A stretch of 64,000 nt of DNA from Marsupella aquatica (Eukaryota > Plantae > Marchantiophyta). The stretch spans positions 26,777,972 through 26,841,971 of the forward strand of contig OZ316891.1 of the NCBI GenBank assembly GCA_973895155.1, read 5' to 3'. Positions 50,560 to 62,100 of the stretch are shown here, in pieces (position 1 is the first letter of the stretch; every line of letters begins with the position of its first letter). The notes under the pieces are model-generated. The model had not been told where the DNA came from, searched no databases, and saw only the letters and a list, made by a program, of their open reading frames with translations. The position numbers and the translations under genes are program-made.

Positions 50560-50967
50560 ATTGAACAAGGAAAATGTGGGCAATCTTTCAACAAGTACCA
50601 GTAGTCCATTGAAAGCAAATTCTTTTCCCTTTGGGTGTTGAGTTTGAGAATGCTCTCTCGCCTTCTGCAAAGTATCTTCTTGATTGGAACCAGAAAGCCT
50701 GAGTCTACATTGGCATACAAACCTGAAAACCTGGCAATGTCATGCTTCAAATCTCCCAATTTGCTCTCCAATGATCTTGCTCCTCTCTCTTGGGTAGCTC
50801 TTGGTCTGCACGTGTTGGTTGTAGTGGGCAGCAACACAATCCCCAAAAGCTTGATTCTTTTGCCCTAAACCAACAATTGGATCTTCTCCTATGTTCACCC
50901 ACAACATACACAAATGTTTCAACTCTGCAGAAGAGAAATTTTGCTTGCGGGCGTCGTTTGAAGCCAT
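50560..50967 (-). pseudogene. PIF/Harbinger Myb/SANT-like ORF (GSTT3/NAM-associated type), frameshifted
   Basis: RKQNFSSAELKHLCMLWVNIGEDPIVGLGQKNQAF...YN, RSLESKLGDLKHDIARFSGLY, GTNQEDTLQKA, KEFAF. Confidence 0.8.
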
Positions 50968-51316
50968 GTTTGCCAGGTTGTACTTGAGCTCAAGAACGTG
51001 CAAAAGCTCGTGCAATGTGACAGTGGAGAAGTTAGGAAAACTTGTTGCCGCACTGGAGTCTCGTTGACAAGGTCCTTGCAGCGTAGGACCACTCTAGGAG
51101 CAAGGTGGATTTGCACTGCCCGATGGAAGAAGGACTGGGAAATCTTGGCCATTGCCAACGGATGGCGTGCAACTTTACGGTTTCTCTCGGGCCGCTTGTT
51201 GAGTGTAGGAGTGTCGTGCTGGGAAGTGAGTAAACTGGGGGCGGGTGATCCAATTAGGCTACGGAGGGCGGTGGGGAAGGATATATGGTGGGTGAGTCCC
51301 TGCCAAATGCTCTGGG

Positions 51317-51330
51317 TGGGAATGCTCTAA
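51317..51330 (-). mobile_element. PIF/Tourist-type TIR with TAA target
   Basis: tgggaatgctc|taa, i.e. TTA|GAGCATTCCCA on the minus strand, ~360 bp upstream of the Myb/SANT ORF. Confidence 0.6.
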
Positions 51331-52212
51331 GAGCTGACAAGTTAACATCAATCACTATAAAATAGAATCCTGCCAAAAATAGTGGATTGCCCTTCTACAA
51401 ACCAACTTTTGAAAGGAATCCATGGCAGGTATTTTTTGTATTTATATATTCTGTCCATTTTTTGGGCCATGGGAGTATATAACATAATATTATGACAGTT
51501 ATAAACTAAAACAATTGTGTTCTCTGGGGTTTCACTCTCACAAAATGACATATCACGTGCAACAAAATATATGGTTATTTATTGGTTCTAAGGGAAGACT
51601 TAAGAATTTCAGTAAATTTTTTTAGAGTCTTTTAAATCTAATTTTGAGACTTATGAGAACATTCAGATATTTTTCATCAGATTTTTGGAATATCTCAATA
51701 ATATTTAGCTTTAAAAAGGTCCCCCTCAAAATATTGGAGGTGATTGGGAAGCCTTCATATAGTGAGACCTCCGAGAGACTCTGTTCAAATTATCTACCAA
51801 AAGTCCAAGTATATATATAGTACAACCTACAATTCAATTAGTATTGAGTAAAAAAACAAGGATTCCCCCCAAAATAATATTTGTCTTTCTTAAATAGTTT
51901 TTCTTGTTTTACAATGGTTTTACCTTTTTCAATTGTTTTATCAGATCCGGCAGCTTTTAGGGTTTGTTATTTCCCAGTTTTTAGTAAAACCATAATTGCT
52001 CTATGGTTTGTTGTGTGAAGGGACTTTTTCCTTTGGGTGAAAAGAGGGGCAACTTCCTTTAGATGTTCAAATATTTTTGGATTGGTTGTAGTGTCTTGAA
52101 GTGTTAACTTAATATATATTTTGGGGTCACATGTGCAATCACAGCCTAATATAAATAATCATATTTTATTAAAAATCAATTTCTATTTTAAATTAATTAT
52201 CTATTTATGTTA

Positions 52213-52256
52213 TATAAATAAATAAATAAATATATATATATATATATATATATATT
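52213..52256. repeat. (TAAA)n(TA)n microsatellite
   Basis: Seen directly. Confidence 0.9.
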
Positions 52257-52344
52257 CTCAGGGGCCTCACTCCAAGGGGAGGCCCGTATCACTCTAGTGA
52301 AGTTTTAAGAGAATAACACCCTAAACTTAAGTAAATAATTATTT

Positions 52345-52846
52345 TAAAATTTCTTTTGTATTTCCTTATCCATAGTAGTTGAAGGTTTCTTATGTTTCCT
52401 TGGTATTCCTTTCTCAAGAGTAGTGGATTGAAGGGTTTATTATGTTTCCTTGGTATTCCTTTCTCGATACTAGCCAGAAGGTTTCTGATCTTAATTACAA
52501 TGGTAAATGTTACAGTAGTTGAAAATTTTGTTTCTATCCATGGTTATTTCAAAATTTAAATTAAAAAATTCATACAATTGACTGGAAAACACTGATATAT
52601 AAATTACAACCATGGATCCAAAGGTTAATTTCCCCCCCTTTTCACATTTTGTGTTTATTTGAAATGCTATTTTCAGTAGTTCATTGCTTTTACAGTTACA
52701 AGGTCCAATTGATTGTTTTTCTATCTGACTTGTCTCAAACACAATTAGTCATTTTTGGTTATTCTTGCATAAAAATTGTCCTTGTTGTGACCAATATTGC
52801 TCATAAACAAGCTTCCTGGGATTTTGGAAGGAGCTTCCCATGGGGG
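52345..52846 (-). mobile_element. Dispersed repeat family A, copy 2
   Basis: One copy of the 7.7-kb core (gggattttggaaggagcttcccatggggg, 52818-52846) plus colinear homology to 8150-8560. Confidence 0.75.
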
Positions 52847-53957
52847 CTCGTAATAAAAGCATAAAAGTTCAAGAGAAGGCAACTTACCACCAATCTCGAA
52901 AGAAAATAAGCAACTGCAACAAGGGTACAGTCCAGAATGCATAGGTGAGTCAATTCTATATCCCGTTCTATATAAGTGCATTCCATCGAGAACTTCAGGT
53001 TGGTCTTGTAGTCCCCCGGTGTAGTCCCCTAAGATTATGTAAAGAGATAAGCAATTTCATCGCTCAGTTGTCAGTCATCTCCATCAGTTGTGAGATAAGG
53101 ATGTTTATGAAGGAAGGGTTAACTAGCCATAAATTTTCGAATTTTTAAGTTTAAGATCTCAAATAAGGCTAAAGAGGGACCTGACGACTACTTTGAAGTG
53201 TTATGAGACTTTCAAGCTGATCTGAGGTCAACCCGGATTGATATTAGAGAAAGAGGATCGACCCGGAACTTTTTGTTATAAGCCTGGAATGAGATATAAA
53301 GCTTATACCGAAACTCTACTCAACAACAGCTATCCATTGCCAAAGTTTTTAAAACCATAAGTCAAACACAGGCGCAACCACAGCAGAATCCGGATATAAG
53401 GAAGGAGAGTCGATCCGGCCTCTCACACCTCTCAAAGCCGAACTTAGTAGGTTTTGAGTTCCCGAGCGCATTAGGCTGTTAAAGCAGTAGAGTGAGGAGG
53501 CTCTACCCTTTTGGTAGAGGATCTTGGGTCCGGATTAGAGGACCAATCTTGCATTGCATGATGAGAGCCTGGATATGAGGGTACTGACTGATTCGTTGTG
53601 AGGGGAATGCCTACTCCGCCGCTGGGAGTGAAGGCAGGAAGTTTGAGATTCTGATCGTGCATACATCGGTGATGAGAAGGAAGGCTAGGTCGATCCGGAC
53701 ATCCATATTTCAGGCCCGTTTGAGTCTATCTTTGCCCCACGTTCAATGCACCTGAATTCTGATTGACGGGATCTTGATCAAAGTTTCCAGAAGCGCTTGT
53801 CAGTTGATCAGAAACGCCGTAGCCAGGTCGACCCGGACATTTCTACCATTGGTCGACACCAAAATGATTTACCATTCCGAAGTCGTAGCATTGTAGAGCT
53901 CACCGACGAGGAGGCAGGCCATTTATTGGGAATCCATTTGCTGCTTCGATAAGTCCT

Positions 53958-55700
53958 ATGGAGCAAGGGACGGATCCAGCCGGAATGTCCACTTCTCGCG
54001 TCTCTAAGGGGCATTCAACCTCAACATCACCTGCACCTACTCCGGTTAAAGCCCCTGTGAGACGATCGAAGAGAAAGGAGGTCCCTATTGCCATGAAAAT
54101 TCTGAGGCCAGCTATTCCGGACAGTGAAGCTGAGAAGGTCAAATTGAGGGAGTCTTTGCTCAGGATGGGCTGTGAGTCTCTGATGGAGCTACCCTGGAGT
54201 TATCAGAGCGAAGATATGATCAGAGAGATCCGATCCAAGGAGTATCCGGCTGAGTTTAAGGATACCTCCAGAGGCCGACCTGAGAGATGGACTCAGATGA
54301 TGATTGCAGGAGCTTTTGTATTGGAAGATGAAGGAGAAGGTCCAGTGGGGAGAGCTGTCAATCTAATCCTCCCTTGCTTCAAAGGAGCCATCAACAGTAA
54401 GGACGGGTTCAATGTTTCTAAGTGTTTGGATCCTGATCTGAGACAAGTCTTCAGCTTTTTGCTACCCCTGCTGTACCCTGAGAAGCCAAGAAAAGTTACT
54501 GTTGGAGTTGGCTCTACCATTGTTGCTGCTTACAAGGGAGAAAGAAAAGTCAACTGGGCTAAGCTTATCTTTGATTTGATAAGGAAGTTGGTACAAGACC
54601 TATCCAACAAGAGTCTTACTCCCCTATCCTGCTACCTGGTACATCTATATAGCTTTGAAGGAGTTTTGTTCAGAGAGGAGAAGAAATTACTATTGGCCAA
54701 GTACAACTTCATCAAGTATGGAGAGACAGATCCAGATATCACCCAAGCCACCTCTGATGACAGTGAGGACGAGGAACCAGCAGAGAGAAATCCTCGAAAG
54801 ACCCGGTCTGCTGCCCGGAACCTCGACCCAGACTTTTCCAACCCGGCCTTCGTCGACCCGGCTGAATGTCCGGATGCACCCGGCCATGCCTCCCAAGACA
54901 CCCTAGCTGATTTCCAGATCATCTCATACACGTTCCAGAAGGTGAAGAGGAAGACCACTGTGATGGAGAAGGTCATCACCGACATTTCTCAGAAGTTAGG
55001 AGTGAAACCAGGGCAGATTCTTGAGAAGATCTCCACCATGAGTGATGCCACAGATAAGAAGAAGTTGGAGAAGGAGAATGAGTTCCTCAAGAAGAAGGTA
55101 TCTGAACTCAAACAACAGTTGGAAAGGAGTAAGAAGAAGAATGAGCTTGAGCATACTCTCCAACTCAGTATCACTCAATCTTTGGATCTGGTTGAACCTT
55201 TGACTAAGATAGTTTCTCTGGATCTTCTTAAGGCCCAGATTTATGATGAGTATTTGGCCAAGAACACCACACCCATCCTTTTCTCCAAGATTAACCATTT
55301 AGTGGTAGATGTGAGTACCAAGGTGGATGATGCACTTACAGGCCTGTCAAAGACCTGTGAAGCCTTAAGGGAGATGAGTGACTTGACTACTGAGGAGCTA
55401 TTAGCTGATATTGAGATTCCTCCCTTTACTACCAGATCTTTCTCTCCTAGTCCTCATGAAGGAGTCTATTCCACTGGCCCCTCATCACCCCTCAACCCTC
55501 CTGGTTTCCCCACTCCCAGTACACACTTCCACTCCCATTCTTACACCTATTCTCATGACCCAAGTGCCCATCAGGAGAACATGGATATTGACCCGTCCAT
55601 CCCTTTTACCACTGGCCAGCAGGGAGTTTACCTTCGGCCAGAACCCCTTGCTATGGCCAACCCTGAGGAGGTTCCTTCTCAAAAGCTAGGACCAGAATAG
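53958..55700 (+). CDS. 580-aa intronless protein, probable LTR-retrotransposon accessory ORF
   Basis: Uninterrupted ORF: basic N-terminus, globular block (LMELPW...MIREI; KVNWAKLIFDLI...TPLSCYLVHLY) resembling plant retrotransposon extra-ORF domains, acidic linker, coiled coil (KKLEKENEFLKKKVSELKQQLE) and Pro/Ser tail. Confidence 0.7.
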   Translation: MEQGTDPAGMSTSRVSKGHSTSTSPAPTPVKAPVRRSKRKEVPIAMKILRPAIPDSEAEKVKLRESLLRMGCESLMELPWSYQSEDMIREIRSKEYPAEFKDTSRGRPERWTQMMIAGAFVLEDEGEGPVGRAVNLILPCFKGAINSKDGFNVSKCLDPDLRQVFSFLLPLLYPEKPRKVTVGVGSTIVAAYKGERKVNWAKLIFDLIRKLVQDLSNKSLTPLSCYLVHLYSFEGVLFREEKKLLLAKYNFIKYGETDPDITQATSDDSEDEEPAERNPRKTRSAARNLDPDFSNPAFVDPAECPDAPGHASQDTLADFQIISYTFQKVKRKTTVMEKVITDISQKLGVKPGQILEKISTMSDATDKKKLEKENEFLKKKVSELKQQLERSKKKNELEHTLQLSITQSLDLVEPLTKIVSLDLLKAQIYDEYLAKNTTPILFSKINHLVVDVSTKVDDALTGLSKTCEALREMSDLTTEELLADIEIPPFTTRSFSPSPHEGVYSTGPSSPLNPPGFPTPSTHFHSHSYTYSHDPSAHQENMDIDPSIPFTTGQQGVYLRPEPLAMANPEEVPSQKLGPE

Positions 55701-56156
55701 AGTTATATTTAGAGAGTTAGAACCACATTAGTTTAGACTTAGAAATAACTATATATATTAGTATATGAGTAAGTAGACTCCAATATTTTGTTGATGTATC
55801 CATTGGAGACTCTACTCCATTTTTGACTAGGATAGTTCACTTTTATTTACATATTTCTTTAGACTTGGGTTTTGAAGAGGCATGTCTTTTCATAATCTCC
55901 ACTTTTAGTACAAAAGGAGGAGAACCCAAAGTCAACCCGGAGGAGAGAGATGCATTTTGATTTCCCTATTTTGATTTTGGAGAAATCTATATCTTTCTTC
56001 CCTTTCTTTTTACCATGGTTGAGTAAAAGAAAGAAGTTTTAGCAACCCTTGAGTTGTTGTGAAGTGTTCAATGAATGCTAGAGTGTGCCTTAATGATATT
56101 GAAAGATCAATGAGATTTGTGATCAATACATTTGGAAGATTCACCAAAGAGGAAAT

Positions 56157-56696
56157 TGACATTTACACAAAACTCAAACAAACAATCTTAAGGATTGTAG
56201 GAGAAGTAAACCAATTCGAGTATCCTAGTACCGTCTTAAGCAAGACCAGAAAAGTGTCCCGGGTTGATTTACATTGTTGTCTTCTAAATTCAAGAGATGG
56301 AGAAGAGTTGCTACGAGAAATCAAAAAGCATAGAAAATGTTGATTTCTGAATCTTAAATTAGGCCATAATCCTTATTGAAGGAGTGGTGATGGTCAGAAA
56401 TTCAATTCTCTTGCACTTTGAAAACTCCTATCTACTCTCCCTCTAGTTTCAATCTTTGTTAATTCTAGTCTTTATTATTGCATTGTGAATCCTAAGGATT
56501 ACCCACTTGAGTTTGTGGTTAAACACTTATGTTAAGGAGATCATTAGAAATCTCTCCAACCTAAGAATGTTGGTGTAAACTTCTCAAATTGTGTTAATTA
56601 GGTCTTTTCGATCTTATCCACTCCTAACCGGAACGAAATCGAGTTGTTAAGGAATAAATAGTCATTTATCTCTTTATCACCTTGCTACATCAGTCA
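56157..56696 (+). mobile_element. Putative LTR downstream of the 580-aa ORF
   Basis: Purine tracts at ~55911-55950 and caccaaagaggaaat, then TGAC...GTCA termini. No partner LTR in the window. Confidence 0.3.
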
Positions 56697-57199
56697 GTCT
56701 AGCTAAGTTGCCACCTCATTCTAGAGAGATCGCTAAGTTACAGCGCGAGAAAAAAACACGGGAAAAAAATTGATTTGTCTTTCAAAATTTGATGGAAATA
56801 TATTATTTTTAAAATAATGTTTTCATTATGGGGTGTCCGTACCGTACGGACCACCAATCTCGGCAGAGGTCAGCTTTACCAAGGTCAAAATTTTACATTT
56901 TTTTTCTTTGCCCAATTTTTTTTGTCCGTAACTCTATCTCGGTGAGGTCAGCCGAGATTGAGTCAATCTCAGCTGCCCAACTGCTGTAAAGGCCCCTACT
57001 AAGCTACTCAACTGAGATTCAAAAAACATTTACAATCAAAATTGATAATTGATAATGTTGTGTACCACTTATGTAAGTGGCTTTCCTATTTAAATCCATC
57101 CAAAAATGCACTGTCCACAAGTCACTAAATGCCAAATTCATTGGTGCATTTCTGTCTAATTACAAGAGTGCCCATTTATCAATTACTCCAAAGCATTTT

Positions 57200-59125
57200 A
57201 GAAGCATTTATTGACTAGAGCCGCGGACAACTACATAGAATAGTTTTGTGCACTATCCAGTTGAATCATGCACTATGAGGCTTTAGGGTATGAGGAGTTG
57301 GATGTGTAGGACTTAATAAGACACCCAGGAAGCGCATAATCAATTTCACAGGCACTTATTGGATAGTACAGCGGGGAGTACAGCATGACCACACTCATAA
57401 GTGCATGAATAACATTCCATGCCTTATGACATAGTACAAAGAACATCAATGTGCCAGATGAAGCCAGTCATATGTTTCCCTGCTGGTAATCACACATCAA
57501 AATGTGTCTGCATTCATTGATGGAAAGAAAAAAAACCTAGGGTTATCACGGTATGCAAGGGTGTCGCCCATATGTTTGGCCAGGTGAACTGATGTATTTT
57601 GAGATTGATCAGATGATCCCAGTTAAATTATCTGCACTTTCCCTTTGCAGTGTCTGAGGCGAGCAATGTCTGAGGCAAATACAATCTCTTGTGGGTCCCC
57701 TGTCTCTCAGGATGGCTTCCAAGATGACTCTTTGAGAATTATGAACGAAAACATGCTAAGCAAGGCGGGTAGTGGTTGTCAAGTAAGCACAAGCCTCCTT
57801 TGCTTCTGATTTTAAAGCATATTTGTGAGTTGAGAAACCAATGAATGTAATATTGAGTGGGACGGCAATTTTCTGCAAACTTGCACAATAGTTGTTTATG
57901 GGGCTCATCGGCCTTTAGAAAACCCTGCCACCAATACACCCGGCTAAACTTTGAATAACAAGTTTTATTTGCACACTCTTAAAATATTCTACTCAAATGT
58001 GCGTAGTAAATGTTTGGATATTGTGGCACTGATCATGGGTAAGCTAGGCAGTCTTTGAAACTGTTCCAGCTTGTGCACAGGTTTGTACATGAAGTTTCTG
58101 GCACCTAAATTGCTTATTTTATATATTGCAGCTTGATTTCAAGTTCAGTCAAGCATGTCCTCTCTTTTGGGGGATTGATTTAATTGCACCCATATCTCCA
58201 TTGGCAAAGGTTTTATTTCTTATCTCACAGTGCACTTGAAACCATCTTACTTGAGAATGCATATCTGTAATTGCAGTATCTCTCGCTGCGGTTGCCAAAG
58301 TTCATTTTGCTCCTATGTTTCCTCGACTTTGCAGGTTTTGCTTTTCTCTGCCTCGGTTAGCGAAAAAGTGAGTGTCTTCGAAGTGAGGGCCTTACCTAAA
58401 GCACACAAGATATTTGTTCCAAAAGAGGATCGTCTCTGGATGTCATCAGACAGTACAGAGTGAGATGCCCAAGTGTTAGTTCTAAGGTTATGATCCTCAA
58501 GGATAAGATTTCCCCTGCAGCGGAAGAACTAGGACAATCTATTATCTTTCTGAGTGCCAGACGAGTGACTTACATAAAACGGTGGAAGCCGATGGTTTCA
58601 AGTGCACAAGTGTGGATGGTGGTCTCAGTCATGAAGATTGAGATCGTGTGATCAGAAAATTCAGGTCAAGAGTGACCAAACCTATGTTCTTGCTCGGAGA
58701 TTTCATCAAGCTTAGGTGAAAGCAGCTTATTGTAATGGCTTTTAGTAAGTTCAATGCAGAATACTGGTACCTTTGCAGCAAAGACAGTGTACTTTGTCTG
58801 ACCGTTGATGGAAGCTTACAGGTTACTTTGGTTGTTAACAACAATATCCCAACAATGTCGTCAGACCTGTAAGAACTGGACTATGAGCTTTACCTGCACA
58901 GAATTGGTAAATGGACTATTTTTCCGTAAAGGTAATTTGTTTTTGGATTGGGTCTTCCTAGAATCTAGTACTTGCTGTAACTGACAGTTATCCCTCTACA
59001 TCCAAGGAGACGAACATCTTACTTTGTTGGCTGCAGGTGCTGCATTCAATCTGACAGCCAGTGACAAGGATGAAAGGATAGTGGACCTCATTTGTGCGCA
59101 TTTTAACAAACAACAATTCCAGCGG
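57200..59125 (+). pseudogene. LOS4: DEAD-box helicase DDX19/Dbp5 (LOS4/RH38-like) pseudogene, unprocessed
   Basis: Ordered motifs with GT-AG introns, stops and frameshifts: DEASHM (57457), DGFQDDSLRIM (57711), VLLFSAS (58335), DVIRQYRVRCP, LGQSIIF, CTSVDGGLSHED*DRVIRKFR, VLARRF, VTLVVNNNIP (58822), DYELYLHRIG (~58891), GAAFNL (59037). The 5' boundary is approximate. Confidence 0.88.
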
Positions 59126-62100
59126 TCAGGATTCAAATATTCATTGCTTTAAGAATAATGTTGAACTATTTGATAGAACACATTATCAGCTTTAGTTCTA
59201 TCATTCACCAGTAAGTTCATACCCGCCGTTCTACTTCAAGCTACAATGTTGTGGTGTGAAAGAGGTCGCCATGTTGAAGCAAGATGGACACAAAGGGAAC
59301 GTGAGTAGACAGCTTCTGGTCCGATGGTTTCGATGGGAAGGAGTTAGTAGGTGTTGACGCAAGCGATGGCTTCAGTCAGCAAGTTTGATACGATTCTTTA
59401 TGTTGGATGACCTGAATCGTAGCATTAGAGAACTGGTTAGACCCTTCTATTAGAACTGTCAGCTTTACTCTGATTGCAGAGGGGCTGAGAGGCTGATCGA
59501 TCCTACGTCTTGGAGATCTGGAGGGCACTATAAGTGGGATTGAATGAAATTCTAACCACCATTCAATTCAAATATCTTGCTTTTACAGATAATGAATGGT
59601 GATAGTTTTGCAGGATCCATGGGATGATGATGATCCCTTTGAAACGATACTGAATGATGTTGGATTGGCATAAGATAGCTGTTGATGCATGATTCTGGCT
59701 GATCTAATGCCTTGCTTACCCAGTCATACTTGGGCCTATTCTGGTGGGTGTATAGTTTAGCTTCACTACATTTCGAGCCTTCCAATTCAAATTTAATGTT
59801 CTCCTACAATTTTGCTGCCAGTGGGGTACTATCATGCAGCGTACTTTTTCGTTGTAGGATGATGTGGTGGTAGTGTGCGAAACTGAGCCATCTGATTGGT
59901 CACAGTACAAGGGTCGTTGCTGGGATATTGTGCCCAGGATAATTCTAACGAAAACTTGTCTGGGTGATCTTGACTCCACTTCTGCTGTTGCAATGTGTTA
60001 ATGATTCTAGTCGTGCCATTTGCCTCTACATAGATTGCAATTAATGTGACAGAACATTGTATAACAGCATTTCATCCGCCTGAAAGTTAGTGGTAGATGG
60101 TAGCATCTGTGGCACCAAAGACTCTCCTCTATACTAGATAAATACCTCTTTCAGAAACCTACTGTAGATGGATTATGGTCTCTGGTTCATGATGTTCATG
60201 CCTCGTTCTGCCAAGATTGGAATTACTCGCAAGATGGAAAATTGAAGGAGAGCACTTATTTTTCAAACAGAATGGGAGGTTGGACATCACTTGAGATTCC
60301 ATGTCACCATGGAGAATTTAGTTTAGAGCTTACCTGACTCAAACGCAATTTTCCCCGAATTTTCCCCAACTAAAGCAACTGCCTTTTCATGCAGGCCAGT
60401 GCTCATAAAAACTTGAAAAGCATGGCTCAGATAACTGTCCCTTCCGGTGGCCACGTGGCCCATTAACTACAATGACAATGGTTTTGGAATACCACATAAT
60501 GATATTAATCAAGTCTGCTGTCTGTGAAAGAAATTGGCAAAAAACATATGCCACATATCTACCAGATTTTTACGATACACGACATTAAACCAATTCAATG
60601 TTCGTTACACAAAATACGGGCTCTGCATCAGTGCATTCATACACATGTCCAAGCGAGATATAACGTCCACTTTTCCCATGGACTATTGTGTCCCTTACAT
60701 TGTTTCCCTTCTGACCTTGAACAAATTCCAATTAAGCTCTTCAAAGTCCACTAACCGTGGAGGTCTCCCAAACAACTGGTGTCGTCCACGGAGTAGGTTT
60801 TCAACTATTGGCTTTCACCTGTGTATCTCTGATCAAAAACATATTCTCATTTGTAGTGATGATTAGAAAAGATTAGAAGGTTTTGCAGATGCGGTTACAA
60901 CTCCGACTAGAAAGAAGCAAAATCGTGAAGGAGAGAGAAACCTATGGCAGATGCTGTGAAGCCCACCACACCAGACCCTCCTCCTCCTACCAAGCCGAAA
61001 AAGCCTAAGCCTCCATCTCGGAGAGATTCTCAACGGGAAAGGGACAAGAAAGAAAGAGAGAGCATTGTATGTCACCTGGGCTCGAGTCTATCCCTAACTT
61101 ATTTGTGCTTTAAGTAAACCTTGTGTATTCATGTCTAAGATTGCCTACCAATTGGCAATAAGTGACTGTCTTGCATCTGCAGCAGTCGAACTTGTTTTAG
61201 CTCAAACTTAGTTTAGTACATACATCAGTTGAAAATGCACATAAGTACCTAATGTGGCCAGTATCTTGGTGGTGTTGCAGTCTGAGGTTGAAGAAACCAT
61301 CAAACGAATTGGATCTCACAAAGGTTTGTGAAGCCATTCTTAGCTCAATTACATGCAATTTGTGTGGGCGTCGCTTATGTTACAAATGTTCCTCTTACTA
61401 CAGAGATTTCTTGATGTCAAATCTAATTTGAAAAGCAAGCAATCAAGAAATTGTCACATGATTTTTCACCAAGGTATGGATTGCATTTACCTACACATAC
61501 ATGAGTGTGATGTTTCTTGGAGACACACAAGCTCGCACATGGGGACAGTTACCTTGGCACAATTGCAGCATTTCAAGGATGAGCCTAAATTATTCTGAGT
61601 TTTTCAAATGCGTGCTCTAGCTTGATCCCTCATGTGATGAACATGATTTTATCACCATAACTGACTAGGTGTTTGTTTAAAGGGAATTGGATCGATAATT
61701 CTGTGAGCCGATTTGATGACGATGAATTGAGTCACTCACTAGGCCTTTATAGACATCAACCACCTCGTATCTATGCTTCTACACAGGCACACTAAAATTC
61801 CCTAAACAACAATCCATTGACATTGCTGGGTGCAGGTATAATTGGTACCGTGATATGCAACGAGGATGGAATTCCTCTGCGAAGTACATTAGACAAGGCA
61901 ACCACATTGCAGGTGTGACATCGAAATCTTTAACCCCAGTGCACTGATAATAAGGGAATGTCCACATGATCGTTGCTTCAGTCATTCTAACAGTTACAAT
62001 AGCCTCCTACTGTTTCCCCCCTAACAAGGACCGGGTGTTTGAATACAATTTGTTTGTCGTGTTGTAGCATACCATGTTTGCCTTCGATCTAACTGAAAGA

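Noticed and set aside
57300-57940. Minus-strand Ulp1-like protease (HWFL, YECG)
   Set aside because: It is better explained as the antisense of the + strand DDX19/LOS4 pseudogene.
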